64,000 nt of DNA from Macrostomum lignano. Taxonomy: Eukaryota. Below the pieces are notes generated by a model. It was not told where the DNA came from. It did no database searches and saw only the letters and a list, made by a program, of their open reading frames with translations. The position numbers were made by a program, and so were the translations under genes. The stretch covers positions 1 to 64,000 of the forward strand of contig NIVC01001291.1 in NCBI GenBank assembly GCA_002269645.1, in the 5' to 3' direction. Positions 1 to 12,252 of this stretch are shown piece after piece; positions within the stretch are counted from its first letter, which is position 1, and each line of letters opens with the position of its first letter.

Positions 1-814
1 GAAGTAATATATATTTGGTGGCAGCTCTGGCTTATCATGCCAGTCTGTCTTACTATCAAGCTCTTGGGTTTTTCCATTAGGGTCGCAATAGCTTCTTTGA
101 TAAGTAATAGTAGTATCTTCTTCAATTACTAGAATTAGTATTTTTCTTGATTAGTAATTGAGCATAAAACTTGATTAATCGTTTAAAAATGTCTTTAAAA
201 ATTTTTATGTCATTGGTATTTATTGATAATAGATAAGCTTTAAATATTGCATCACTTGTAGCATATCTCTTAGAATTTTCCTTTAGGTGTGCTTTCTATC
301 CCTAAATAGCATACTATAAGGGTTATTTGGATTTCAATAAGAGTTTAGTAAATAGTGTCCAGTGTGCTTATGAAAATTAATCATAAAGTTGTGCTTTTTC
401 TAAAATATATGTTGACAAAGGCTATTATATAGTAATCATTAGATGACAAAGCATTTTTCTTCTTACTAAAGTCATAGTTGCTTCTACTATTTACCCACAA
501 CATTTCGATTTAATAGGATGGGATAACATAGGTTTCCTGTTCACTTGTGCCCTTGCATGCTTAGCATAAGCATCCTCAGCTTTTTTACTTTGGCTATTCC
601 AAAAGTAGTATCCTTAGGATTCCCTTGAATAGGCAATTGATCTATGAGAATAATGCAATAAAATTTCACAAGGCTAGATCTAGACTATACTATTGCTACT
701 TAAGTAGCTGGGCCCCTAAGATGCTATTTAGCTATACATGTATGAACTGTAGGAAAGGCTTAGTATAGGTTGCCCCTTATTGATTAGCCTCTAAAACAGT
801 TTAAATATATTTAA

Positions 815-1405
815 TATTGTTTTTGACAATCTAAATGAGAATTTGGACATTCGAAATGAGAAATGCATACAGTGAGCTACAGCAACTTGCTGGCAAACTG
901 GTATTGGACATAGAGTCCATGAGCAATCTAATCGATGAAAAGCCATTCTAAATGATAATTTGGACATTCAAAAGAAGAAAAAGCCATTCATTTTAAGTGA
1001 TAATTTTTGCTGCCAAATGTTTTCAACAGACTGTTTGAATTTTTAACTGATTCATTAATGGAACAATAACTCAGCTAAAAGTCAATCTATAGTGATTAAA
1101 AGGCAGACGAACAAAAGACAACAAAGGATGGCAGAATTGGCAGCTGCAGCACCCTTGCTGCCTCTTTGATGAAGTGCCCAACGTTGATGCCATCAATCAG
1201 GCGACGGCGATCTGATTCACTTGTTTGAGGCAGCATTCTGCTGCTTCTGTGTGTACATTTTGCTGCTGCTACTGTAGTGCGCGCGATGAGAGCATTTATC
1301 GATTAGATTGTCCACAGACTCTGTCCACGGAGCGAGCTGCAGCAGCCATAGAGCAGCTATTGGCCATGAATGTCCAAATTATCATTTAGATTGTCAAAAA
1401 CAATA
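815..1405. mobile_element. MITE-like non-autonomous DNA element with 38-bp inverted repeats
   Basis: 815-852 TATTGTTTTTGACAATCTAAATGAGAATTTGGACATTC is the reverse complement of 1368-1405 (1 mismatch). The outer TA could be the TSD. A partial internal copy lies at ~946-968. No ORF. Confidence 0.55.
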
Positions 1406-1694
1406 CTACTTATCTACTTTTAGTAGTCTGTTGAAAAAATTTAATTAAAAACTTAGGATGACTCGCTTTTCTAATATCAGATCGATGAAAGCTTTGGGTT
1501 TTCCTGAAAGACCAAACACGCCCATTTCAAAGGATATAATTGGAGTATACTATAAACTATTAACCAATTGTTGCACTGTCTGCACATAGGTTGTATATTT
1601 TTGTCATGATTCGCATTTCACAACTTGAACAGTTCATTTTACTGTATCAGTGAGTAGTCAGTAGCTGTATTAAACATCAGATTGACGTGCTGCG

Positions 1695-2147
1695 CTAGTT
1701 CTTCAAGTTTTCACACACGCACTGTTGTTCCGCCTTGTGCTGCCTTACTTCTTCTTCCAATCGGTTCACTAAGGCATCTCGATTAGTCCTGCTCTCCTTT
1801 GGCAGCTGCACGTCATCTTTGTCCAGTTGGCGAAGTTGCTTTGCAACATCCTGCACCAGGTCCAGGGTGCAGCCGATCAGACACACGCATCCGCTGTTAT
1901 TGCTCTTTTTGCTATCACCTGTATAGCTGCGACCTGCTAAAAACAGGTGTTGAACACGATGGAAGTCTTAACCTTCAATTACGATAATTAACGTCTTGCT
2001 AGTTACAGAAAGTCCACGTGATCTGTGCGTACCCTTAGTTTGGTCATTGCTCTCTGTGGTGCTGCGCGTGTTTCCTTCACTTTTCTTGGCTTGCATTTGA
2101 CATTTGGATTCCGTTTCGTCTGCACTTCCTTTGTTGACGACAGACAT
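1695..2147 (-). CDS. Small hypothetical two-exon protein (~112 aa); exons 2147-2033 and 1918-1695
   Basis: ATG at 2147, phase-1 donor G|GTACGC and acceptor ATACAG|GT join MSVVNKG...QTK in frame to GDSKKSNNSGCVCLIG...NLKN*. No family recognised. Confidence 0.4.
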
Positions 2148-2819
2148 GCTGGTTTCTCAACTTTCAGAATAGCCTTAATGCTTTCTGACTTTGTAATTTA
2201 ATCTATCGGCTTTGTGTACAATGTTCCTTGCTCACTTTATCGCCTGTACAGCGCTTCAAAGCTAGGACTATCGACGCCTTAATTAAACAAGTCCTGTTGT
2301 CGCTACGTGCTCCACGGCTATGGCGACGAATTTAATGTGAGCTAATAAACACAGACCAACGCCTTCGAGCACTGATTGGTTTGCTACAACTAGCGGACCG
2401 TTAGTATTCTGCGCACTTGGCTCATTAAATATTTAAATTGCTCTCAGTATAAAACCCTATTTATACAGCTAGAATTAGAAATTGCACAAAGGATAAAATT
2501 AGGTGCGCTTTACATATTATGGCTCGTTCACACCGATATAAAATCACGCGACTAATTTACAAAGCGACGAAAAATAATGTACAAGCAGTGTTATCGCACA
2601 TGCATAGTGCCGCATTCTGTAACCACTGAATGCAACCCCATACTGTTATTAAGCATTAAGTTTCTCCTTTTAACGGTTTACCTCTTGACAAATTAGAAAC
2701 AGAAAAGCATCCTTGCCGCGCGTATTTGCAAAAATCTATCAACGAAAGAGGTACGATATTTTCAGCACTAAATTCAATAAAACACAGCTTAAACACACAG
2801 ATTGACAGCTGATTCTTAG

Positions 2820-3083
2820 TCAGGGTTTGGTTAGCAATTCGAAGCTCCTGTCCAGCGCGCCGTGAACCAGTTCCGCTGCTAAATTTTTCACTTCGTCGAC
2901 TTCCTCGTTTTTGTCCAGTTTCGACATGTTGCTGGGCATCAGAATGCAAGCTGTAGTCAGGCTGGCCTCTGAATTATTCGTTAGTGCAACCCGTGTGAGG
3001 CTCGACTCAGTCTGGGTGTATCTTGACGTCTTTCTTACCAGCCTGTGATTCTTGTCGCATCGTAGGCTGTCAGAGTTTGGCAT
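2820..3083 (-). CDS. Small ORF with a C-terminal AKAP-like amphipathic helix
   Basis: 87-aa ATG ORF. EVKNLAAELVHGALDRS fits the PKA-RII-binding helix spacing (resembles AKAP7 ELVRLSKRLVENAVLKA). Confidence 0.3.
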   Translation of the reverse strand: MPNSDSLRCDKNHRLVRKTSRYTQTESSLTRVALTNNSEASLTTACILMPSNMSKLDKNEEVDEVKNLAAELVHGALDRSFELLTKP

Positions 3084-3517
3084 GGCTGCTTACTGTAGCC
3101 TGTGCGGACAATTAGCCTGTGTCTTGCTATAAATATGACGCAGCGCAGCCGGTCAAGTAATTGATGATTGACGCGCGTTTATTATTTAATTTAGTCTCGC
3201 AAAGTTGTCTGTCACCAACATCATGCTAACGGCTGCTTGAGTTGAGGTGTTAAATTAATGCAATGACACTTTTTATAATTGTTAGATGAGCTGTCATGCA
3301 AGGACAATGGCTATATTTGTGCAGAAATTTAGGAACAGAAATTGCTCTTCATTTTAATGTTCCGAAAAACAATTCTAAAGTGTGAGAAACTCCTCATGTT
3401 GTCTATGCTTGTACCTGGTTTTGCATTGAATTGCATGTACGCGAAGGTTAAATTCATACAGGAGCAGCAACTGCCATCTCCCATCGATCATTTCAGGTCA
3501 GACTTGAACCGTATTAA

Positions 3518-5371
3518 ATGTCTGAAGAAGTTGTCTCAGCATTATTTAAAGATGTCATTGGCTCGCCAAACCCGGCTCAATTCCGTGCAGCGTTTCTGGC
3601 TCTGAGCGAAAATCGACGCGTTGGAATAACGGGTAAGCGGTGAAGTGGTGTATTTTTGTAGCGCTATAAAGCAAGGATTGCTTCTTCTCTGACCCAAGCT
3701 TTCTGTAACAGCTTTACTGTTTCATTAAATTTTTTATTTCGAAGTTTAAAATCTAGCTTTTTGTGGGATTTCTCTCTTTGAACAGGCTTTTTAGATTCTA
3801 GAATTAAAAACGTAATAATGGCACGGATCGGGGACTGTTAGATTCTGGATGGAGACTTATTATATTCCGGATCAAGGACTATTAGATTCGGGATCAAGGA
3901 CTATTTGATTCGGGATCAAGGACTATTTGATTCGGGATCAAGGACTATTTGATTCGGGATCATAGACTATTAAATTCCGGATCAAGGACTATTAGATTCG
4001 GGATCAAGGACTATTAGATTCGGGATCATAGACTATTAGATTCGGGATCATAGACTATTAGATTCGGGATCATGGACTAATAGATTCGGGATCAAGGACT
4101 ATTAGATTCGGGATCAAGGACTATTAGATTCGGGATCAAGGACTATTAGATTCGGGATCAAGGACTATTAGATTCGGGATCATGGACTATTAGATTCGGG
4201 ATCATGGACTAATAGATTCGGGATCATGGACTATTTGATTCGGGATCATGGACTATTAGATTCGGGATAATGGACTATTTGATTCGGGATCATGGACTAT
4301 TAGATTCGGGATCATGGACTAATAGATTCGGGATCACAGACTATTAGATTTGGGATCATGGACTAATAGATTCGGGATCACAGACTATTAGATTTGGGAT
4401 TGTTATCGTACATGGTCACAGTTATTCCTCTGCAATATCCCCCTGCAGTCATCGTGCTGATGATCATATCTTCGTCCGCCCGCACTGGCTGGCTGCTGTA
4501 CGCTGACCGTTTGGCCACCACGCAGCGACTGGCTGGTGTTGACGAGTCCACCCGCGAGGCCCTCGCCTCGTCTGGCTGGTTTGCCAACGAATCTGGGCTA
4601 CTGATCTGCTTCTGCTGTGAGGCAGAGGCCGGCCTGGCCAGTCAGCAGCAGCACCGGCCCGACTGTCTCGCCGCCCGGCTTGTCAGCCTCGCCTCGGCGC
4701 CGTCCACCTCAGCCGAGTGGCCGTCAGCCGCCGACTCCGCCGTCCGGCTTCACCTGCCCTCGACGCGGCGGCTCCGCTTACTGCTGGACTCGCCGGTTGT
4801 TGGCGCGGCCGCTTCGTACGGCTTCGATCCGGCGTTTCTGCAGGTCTGCCTGGCCAGGCAGTTCCTGCGCAGCGCCGCCTCCACGGCTAGCGGCGGCGGC
4901 AGCTCCGGCATCGAGCGGCCGGGCGATCTGCTCCGCCTGGCGCAGTCTGTTGAAGATGCCGATCCCAGAGCTCCGGCTGTTGCCGCTCGGTTCGACCTGC
5001 GCCGCCTGATCGACTCCTGCTTGATTGACCCTGCGGCTGGCGGCTCCGAGACTTCGGCGTCTCACGACGGTAGTGCCGGCCGCGGCGGTGGAGGATCCTC
5101 AGTCGACGCATACGCGGTGCCCAGCTTCGCAGCCTCGTCTGTCTCAGCAATAGTTGGTTTTGGCGGCGGCCCAGCAAACACGGATCTGTCCGATCCGGCT
5201 GGCGAATCGGAAGTTGACGATCGGTGCATCCGGTGCCGCAACCGGACAAGGAACCGGGTCACGCTGCCCTGCGCGCATTTCCTCCTGTGCGACCGCTGCC
5301 TGGAGCCGCTGACCCGGTGTCCGAAATGCAATGCTAGCATAGCAGCCGCAGTGACCGCTTTTATTACTTAG
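3518..5371 (+). CDS. IAP-like E3 ligase: degenerate BIR + UBA + C-terminal RING; exons 3518-3632 and 4449-5371
   Basis: G|GTAAG donor and CCCTGCAG| acceptor join in phase 1. BIR-like RLATT..LASSGWF..CFCC..H..C. cIAP-UBA-like SPVVGAAASYGFDPAFLQVCLARQF. XIAP-type C3HC4 RING CIRC..LPCAHFLLCDRC..RCPKC with an aromatic tail (AFIT*). Confidence 0.75.
3823..4400 (+). repeat. Intronic minisatellite, 22-bp unit TAGATTCGGGATCAAGGACTAT (~25 copies)
   Basis: Tandem units visible; lies inside the IAP intron. Confidence 0.95.
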
Positions 5372-6610
5372 ATGTGTTTGTGGTTCCGCAATTTTGTAGT
5401 TTTTTTTCATTATCATCATTATTATTAATATTATATAACCATGTTATATTCATCACTAATATGTGTATTATAGGGTATATATAGAGCGCTTCTAATCGTC
5501 GTGTTTAGTGACTCTATATAGTTGCAAACTTTCAATATAGACACAGTTTTAATACAAATTTATTATGGTAGCCTAAATGTGGTATTGCGGGCGTCGTCAC
5601 GAAGACAGATGGGAAGAGCTGTTATGTCAACTGCACCTGCCGATTTCACTTCAAAGTATAAATAATTTTATTCCGTTCCGTAAGTGCGTTTGTTTAAATG
5701 AGTCATTAAACGGAGTTAAATCTGCGACTAACCGTCTACTAACAGTAGCTTGTTTGTAACTACTGATTAAAATAGCAGGCAAAGGACGAAAAGCCAACAG
5801 ATTCTGGAAGTCACATGACGTGACGACAAGACCCAATCTTGCTTCGAATTATAAAGTTTTCAGCGTTCAGATGTAAATGCACGAATGTATAAAAAGTTGC
5901 ATCAGCTGCCAGTTTAAATCTTGAATAAAAGGAAATCAGAAATGCCAATACACAGAAGTGACGCATTTTTTTTATAAACAAATTTGTCACTGATTGTAGA
6001 TTGCATTGATTGCATTAAATCGGTTTTACACTTCATGTACTCCGTTTATTTGAATTGTTGATCTGAACAGTTCATCCATGCCCATTCTCTCTCAGATCTT
6101 CAGCAGCGCTCTGGACCAATAGTCTCAGTGAAAGACTCAATTTAGACTACTGAGAAAAGTAGACGAATAAAGATTTGAATCGTGCAAGACAACGAAGAAA
6201 TTTTCAGATTGAAGAAATCGTCAGCAGGCAGAATGGGCCTGCCGGAGGCTCAAAGGATTGCTGAATGGAACAACAATAACGGGAAGAGCAAACTATGCAA
6301 AACAGACTGCAGGACCTGCATTGCATGGCTACTCAATCGCAGTTTTACGAGTCCTCTCAATCACGCAAATATCCGTTATTATCTTGTGTTTCTATCGCGA
6401 ATTGATTTACTGTCACGACGACGAGAAAATTTAAGCTGTCCATTCCAGAATTTTTGGCACAGATATCCTGAGAATGCGTCAAGCTGGACGAGAACTTTAT
6501 CATTGGTCGATGCAGTCTCTCAAGTGGACGGTTTTGTTTCAAGGAAAATTTCAGCAAAGCGTCGATTTCGACTGGCGATTAAACTGGTTTGAAATGTCGA
6601 TTCTTGTTGG

Positions 6611-6880
6611 AACAACAAAATACGTCAGCCAGTCAAGCGTGGGACAATGTCACATTGAGCGTTTCAGGGCCTGGGCGCGAACATAGGCCGCCCCGCCGGC
6701 AGTGTCCGGGGCGCCGGCTTCAACCGGCAGGCAGTCGACGAAACGCCGAGTGTGCGCCTGCCACCGCCGGTAGGGTGCCTGCAGCTTCAGCAGTAGCACC
6801 GGTTGCGGACAGTACGACTTGACTCGGATGATATAGCCTACCAGGCGCTGGAGTCGCCAACGGCGCAACAGTTCACTGGG
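6611..6880 (-). mobile_element. Degenerate 3' fragment of an RTE-like non-LTR retrotransposon
   Basis: LVGYIIRVKSYCPQPVLLLKLQAPYRRWQAHTRRFVDCL is homologous to the copy at 37540-38210. It ends in CGTATTTTGTTGTT, a short TTG tail. Confidence 0.7.
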
Positions 6881-7221
6881 AGGTGGAAGGTTGAAGGTCT
6901 AACTTTAATTACTGACGGGGGTTGAGGGAGTTGCTGAAGTACGATGTACCTCGATTATCTTGAGCGTTGTTGGCCTGAGACCTACGAGCTACTGAAATAA
7001 AGTGCAAGGCAAAAACTAGGACTTAGTCAACATTGCTCCCCTTTCAGAGCACCATATCCCTATACGGAGCTAGATTTTCAGATCAATTGTGCATAAACTC
7101 AATCAACTAAACACCACTCAAAAGTGCCCCTTTTGCTTTATTATTAAATGCCACGCAAGCTGCATTCAAAGGCTCAAGCAGACCTATTCTGTACATGACG
7201 ACGGATCCGGGCATTGCGACC

Positions 7222-7513
7222 CTAGAGCTACTCGGGATGCGAGATTAGAGCTACCCAGGATGCGAGATTAGAGCTACCCAGGATGCGAGATTAGAGCTAC
7301 CCAGGATGCGAGATTAGAGCTACCCAGGATGCGAGATTAGAGCTACCCAGGATGCGAGATTAGAGCTACCCAGGATGCGAGATTAGAGCTACTAAGGATG
7401 CGAGATTAGAGCTACCCAGGATGCGAGATTAGAGCTACTAAGGATGCGAGATTAGAGCTACCCAGGATGCGAGATTAGAGCTACTAAGGATGCGAGATTA
7501 GAGCTACCCAGGA
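7222..7513 (+). repeat. Minisatellite, 23-bp unit TGCGAGATTAGAGCTACCCAGGA (~12 copies)
   Basis: Tandem units visible. Confidence 0.95.
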
Positions 7514-8315
7514 CGCAAATATACAACTGCGTGTAATCATGATACGCTTTTAAACTACTCAGGAATATTACTCATTTAAGCTACTCAAGTAGTAAGTATT
7601 TTTATCTGTCTTTGCTTGCAAAAGAGCGTCTCTTTCATAACAAAACTGCAGAGTTGAGCGCATGAGTGCAGCCTCGGTGAGAATAGAAGACTCATGGATT
7701 CCCATCCCCACCCATTACGAGCTGTGCAACATTTCTTAAGTCGAAAAAGTTAGTGAGAAGCATTTTCTTCACAAAGGAGTATTGAGCAGCTCTGCATAAG
7801 CCGGTAATCCCACTGTTAATCAGTAGAAGGGGCAGGAAAGAAAGTTCGTTGAAATCCACCTCCTTGTCCATCACTCGAGAACAGTTTTCCGACTTAAATG
7901 GACAGACTAGATGGCAGCAGTGTCCTCATTTGAAGCTTCGTTTAACAAGCCTATTATCCCCAATAGGGATTCTGAATGCCATGCAGTCACCGAATGCGTG
8001 ACAGGAAGACCTGCGTGAGCGCAGATCGGTCTTGCCTTAATTACAGTTGTCGGATCGCTTTATCTTCTTCATAGCGAGTGCAGACAAGACTACATGTATA
8101 GGCTAGACATGACTCGGTGCAATTAGTGCGCAGCCTCGTTAAGAAAATAAGCGGACAACGAAGGTCATTTTATTTCAGACGGAACTGTGCAGATTTGTGT
8201 TAAAATAAAAACAAGAGTGGGTTAGTTAAATACTTGAAGGTTAATGGAATTGTTTATTTGCTCACTTTGAAGGTGTCATTCCACTCAAAAAAACACCGAA
8301 ATAAAATTTTCAGTT

Positions 8316-10994
8316 TCAAAAAAACAGATTTGACCGCTTAGTCTGACCACGCTGAAGAAATTGGAACTGCCTGTCAGTTTCCAATACGGGCTGGCAGCAC
8401 CACATCGGGCTGGACATGTTGTTGCACATCGAACAGATCGACAACTGCGCTGCGTTTGAGTCAGTCCTGCCGCAGAACCAACAGCGAAGCATGCTGGCAT
8501 GTGGGGCCTGGTGCATCTGGCAGGTGCCCGCTGGCACCGAGTGGCCCCGCATGATCATCATGCCGCAGTAGGCGCAGCCAGCCGACCTCAGAGTGCCGAC
8601 TCGAGTTGGCAGGTTCTTGCAGAAGGTGCACACCACCAATGAAGCCTGCTTGCTCTCCGGCGTCACCTTCACCTGGCGACAGCGCCAAGAATTGTAAACG
8701 TAGCTTGACGTGATGGTCGGGATGCGAATAGCGATGTGCCTGCTGCTCTGGTCGAATGACAGGATCTTGTGCAGCTCTGACCTTCGGTCGCAATAGTACA
8801 GGTGATGCGGCAGGTCACGAGACAACACAGCGTCAAAGCCATTCCGAAGCCTAGACAAGATGAAGTTGGCCACGAGGCTGTGCCAACGGATGACAGCCTC
8901 GGGCTCTGCCAGGAGCAGCTCCTGTACCGCGGCGCGCGAGGCTCGGTGCTGAAAGGTCAAGCAGGTGGACTCACGAGCGATGCTACGCAGAAAAGCTTTG
9001 GTTTCCCGCCGGAGCCTCAGGTACTCCGCAAGGGGCACTTCATCGTTTTCGCTCTCGTCTTTCGTCTCCTGCCCATTGGACGCAAAATGGAGCAACCGTC
9101 TCGCGTGCTTCTCCCAGAGGCCGACGCGCGAGACGCTGACCAGCGATAGCAGGGTGGCCACCAGACCGTCCGGTTTGTCGTCTTTGAGAATTCGAGCACC
9201 GATGGTTTTTAGAAGTTCGTGCGTGTCGTCCGGGAAATTGGCGATCATCTGCGACAGAGCCGCGTAGTCGCCAAATACGCGCAGCTCTTCGCAGGCCTGC
9301 GTCAGCCAGAGTGGGTTGGTGGCGCTGGCCTTGCCGAGCAGGGAGGTCAGCTGCGCCGCGTCCAGACGCTTGCCGAACGCGTCCAGGTAGCCGCGGCACA
9401 CAGCCCGACAAGCGTCCGGCTCCAGAGGCTCCAGGTTGTACAGGTGCACAACTCGATCGCCGAAACAGCGAGCCGCCTCCGATTTGTGACAGGTGAGGAT
9501 GCAGCGAACATTTGCTGGCCAGGCAGCTGGCAGCAGGTCTCGGGGGTGGCTGGACTCGAAGAAGCACTCGTAGGCATCAATCAGAACAATAAATCGTCGA
9601 CTCGTAATTTTGGACACCAATTCCAATATGTTTTCAACGCTTGTATCCTTCGTTATGGCAGTCACATTTTCTTTTGGCACGAAGTCAAGGAAAAAGTCTC
9701 TTAGCTTCTTTCGAAGCGCTTGTGCGTCGCCTGAGGTCGGACTGAACTGCGAAAAGTGCGCCATCACATCAAAGCCTTTCTTGTCAACGAAGAGCTGGCC
9801 CAGCCGTGCCAGAACTGTGCTTTTCCCGGCCCCAGTGTCGCCGCAGATCGCCAGAGCCCTCAGGCCGGATGTCTCGCTGGCCTCCTCCAGGTCCCCAAAA
9901 AGTGGCGGCAACTTGCTGGCATCGGGATCGTCGGCTGATGCAAAGTCCCGCATCAAGTTCAGGCAAGCCGTCTGACCCTGAGCATTGCCAGCCAGGGCAA
10001 ACATGTAGCAGATGTGCGTCTCATTCGACTCGCCACTGTCGCCCGCCGCTTCTGATGTCGGCTTCTCACTAGAAGTCACCGGCTCCTCTGGCGGTTCACT
10101 GGCCACGTGCAGCGGAAACTCTGCTGCAATTGTTTTCTGAAAGAAGGTCAGCACTTGCCGCTCGAATTCTTCAAAGCCGGAGAACTGAACGCGCTCGCGC
10201 TTGCCCTCTTTGACACTTCCTGCGTAGCGCACCGAGTACAGGCGCACCTGGCTTGGCGGGAACCGCTTGGCTAACTCCAGCTTCTGTCGAGCTACGTGAC
10301 GAGCGGTGACGGAGCCGGCTGACTCAACAAAGTCCTTGCGCTGAGCGTCCGGAATATCCGCGTAGCAGGCCGAGTCGCGAACCATGAAGAGCGCGTTGGG
10401 GCTCAGCTTCGCCATGGCGCCGTGCACGACCTCCATCTGCGTCACCGAGCTGCCGAACGTCCAGTCATACTGAAGCTGCAGCTCCTCGTCAAGGTCAGCA
10501 GGCCCGGGCACCCAGCCGAATCGGTCGCCAACCAGGCCCAGAAAGAAGGCGCGCCCGCCAGCTTCCGTCTGGCAGCGATCGAGCAGTTCGAGACAGGTGC
10601 GAACTGCTTCGGAGCTTGTGCTGTCTTTTGGCACTCCCCATCGCAGGTCGTAGTCGTATAGGGCAATCCTCCGCTTCTCGCACCACTCTCGCAGGCTGGG
10701 GAAAACCCGCTTGACCAGACTCTCGCGCTCAGCAAAGAAGTCTTTGAATGTGGACGAGATGAAGATTCGCACGGTGCCCCATTGGTGACGCGCCCGTGCC
10801 GCCGCGTTCAAATCGGAGGGGCCACCAGCAATTTTTGGCTCCTGCGCGGCAGTCTGGCCAGCCTGCCGACGGTTGCGCGCGTCGATTCGGGCCCACAGAT
10901 CGTCGACTTCTGGATTGCCGTGGGCGCCAGAGGACTCACATTGAGCTCGGAAGGGCTCCAGTTCTGAGGACTCGCGAACGAAGCGTTTGTACAT
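8316..10994 (-). CDS. Intronless DUF4062 + NACHT-type STAND NTPase (TEP1/NWD-like N-terminus) with a Cys-rich C-terminal domain, ~890 aa
   Basis: VRIFISSTFKDFFAERESL..DLRWGV (DUF4062), Walker A GDTGAGKS, Walker B FIVLIDAYE. First in-frame ATG at 10994; the ORF track starts at a TTG. Confidence 0.85.
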   Translation of the reverse strand: MYKRFVRESSELEPFRAQCESSGAHGNPEVDDLWARIDARNRRQAGQTAAQEPKIAGGPSDLNAAARARHQWGTVRIFISSTFKDFFAERESLVKRVFPSLREWCEKRRIALYDYDLRWGVPKDSTSSEAVRTCLELLDRCQTEAGGRAFFLGLVGDRFGWVPGPADLDEELQLQYDWTFGSSVTQMEVVHGAMAKLSPNALFMVRDSACYADIPDAQRKDFVESAGSVTARHVARQKLELAKRFPPSQVRLYSVRYAGSVKEGKRERVQFSGFEEFERQVLTFFQKTIAAEFPLHVASEPPEEPVTSSEKPTSEAAGDSGESNETHICYMFALAGNAQGQTACLNLMRDFASADDPDASKLPPLFGDLEEASETSGLRALAICGDTGAGKSTVLARLGQLFVDKKGFDVMAHFSQFSPTSGDAQALRKKLRDFFLDFVPKENVTAITKDTSVENILELVSKITSRRFIVLIDAYECFFESSHPRDLLPAAWPANVRCILTCHKSEAARCFGDRVVHLYNLEPLEPDACRAVCRGYLDAFGKRLDAAQLTSLLGKASATNPLWLTQACEELRVFGDYAALSQMIANFPDDTHELLKTIGARILKDDKPDGLVATLLSLVSVSRVGLWEKHARRLLHFASNGQETKDESENDEVPLAEYLRLRRETKAFLRSIARESTCLTFQHRASRAAVQELLLAEPEAVIRWHSLVANFILSRLRNGFDAVLSRDLPHHLYYCDRRSELHKILSFDQSSRHIAIRIPTITSSYVYNSWRCRQVKVTPESKQASLVVCTFCKNLPTRVGTLRSAGCAYCGMMIMRGHSVPAGTCQMHQAPHASMLRCWFCGRTDSNAAQLSICSMCNNMSSPMWCCQPVLETDRQFQFLQRGQTKRSNLFF

Positions 10995-11838
10995 GACGCT
11001 ATCGGATTCAGCGGCATGTATTGGGACCAAAGTAGAGTTTTCTTGTCGATTTCAGCTGCATCAGTCAGTTAAACTGCATGCCCAGCAACTGTTTTACTCG
11101 CCTGACTGTACTTCGCTGGCATGCAGCTTGCTAGCGTGGGTTTGGACATGGGTGTACTCTCTAGCCTCGCTGTGCAGCTAGTTCTGAACTGTACAATGCC
11201 CGTCTCTCAGCGTATCTGCCCTGGTCGGCCCCCACCCTCTCGGAAACCATGGGAGCAGGGGCGGTTTTCTCTCTCACCTTCTCTCACCAATTCATACACA
11301 ATATTGCGTTGCTGCTAAAGCTCTCAGTGAGGTAAAAATTAAAACTGTACAGTGAAACATTCTCACGCACACAAACTGCCGCTGCCCCTTCGGGAAAAAA
11401 AGCTGTTCCAACCAGTTCTAGAACTGAATTGGGCGAAAGTTTTAACGCCCGTTAGGTCTCAATGTTCTTTTGTGTTCAACAATTTTAAAGTTATTTTTAG
11501 CTCCTTTCTGCTAACATTGCTTTTGTCAGGCAAGTTGATAGTAAGTCCAACCAAGTTGAAAATCCCATTTGGCAGGCAGTAGATTCGGTCTTGCCCATAG
11601 ACATCGACGGAAAAAGGCGAGCAGGTTGAGAATTCTGATCCATTATAGCATGGAAGTATAAGTTCTTTCCGTTTCTTTACTTCTTTGGTCCAAACCGCTT
11701 GGCTGAGAACTGGACCAAAGAATCAATGAAACGCAAAGAATAGATTTCTGCCTCATTTGGTCGGTCCGTCAGAGTCGTGTTGTAAGTGTCTATGGTCAAG
11801 ACTTCTTTTTAGTATAGGTCCTCGCCTAGAGAAGACCC

Positions 11839-12252
11839 ATGCACGATCTTTCTTTACTCTTTAGTTTGCAACTTTATTTGAACAACGCAACAATCACAAG
11901 CATGGATTTAGATTTTGATCTCGGGATCGACTTTATGCCACTCGACTTTGCGACAATCGACGATTTATTGAGTGCTACAGGCGTTCCTACAGATGGAGAA
12001 TTGGAGTTTGCTACCGAGGAGCAGAGGCTAGAAGAAATAATTAAATCTGTTATTCCGGAGGGAACAAAGAAGAAGTGTCAATGGATGGTGGAAGCTTTTC
12101 GACGCTGGCACGACAAGAAGAAGGAACAGTGGGCAAAATCCGAACCTAATGGTGGTCCTGCTCTGATGATTCTTGCCGATCTTGCCGACATGAGCAAAGA
12201 AAGAATTGTTGCATTGAACCATAGATATATATGGAGCGGCCAAATGGGGTAG
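11839..12252 (+). mobile_element. Crypton/DUF3504-associated N-terminal fragment (possible remnant)
   Basis: SVIPEGTKKKCQWMVEAFRRW resembles the P.NT...T.WA...F..W motif of Crypton/KCTD1/QRICH1-like proteins. The ORF stops before any recombinase domain. Confidence 0.4.

Noticed and set aside
7692-7874. 60-aa protein-like ORF; also the 136-aa ORF at 6182-6592
   Set aside because: No recognisable motif or supporting splice structure.
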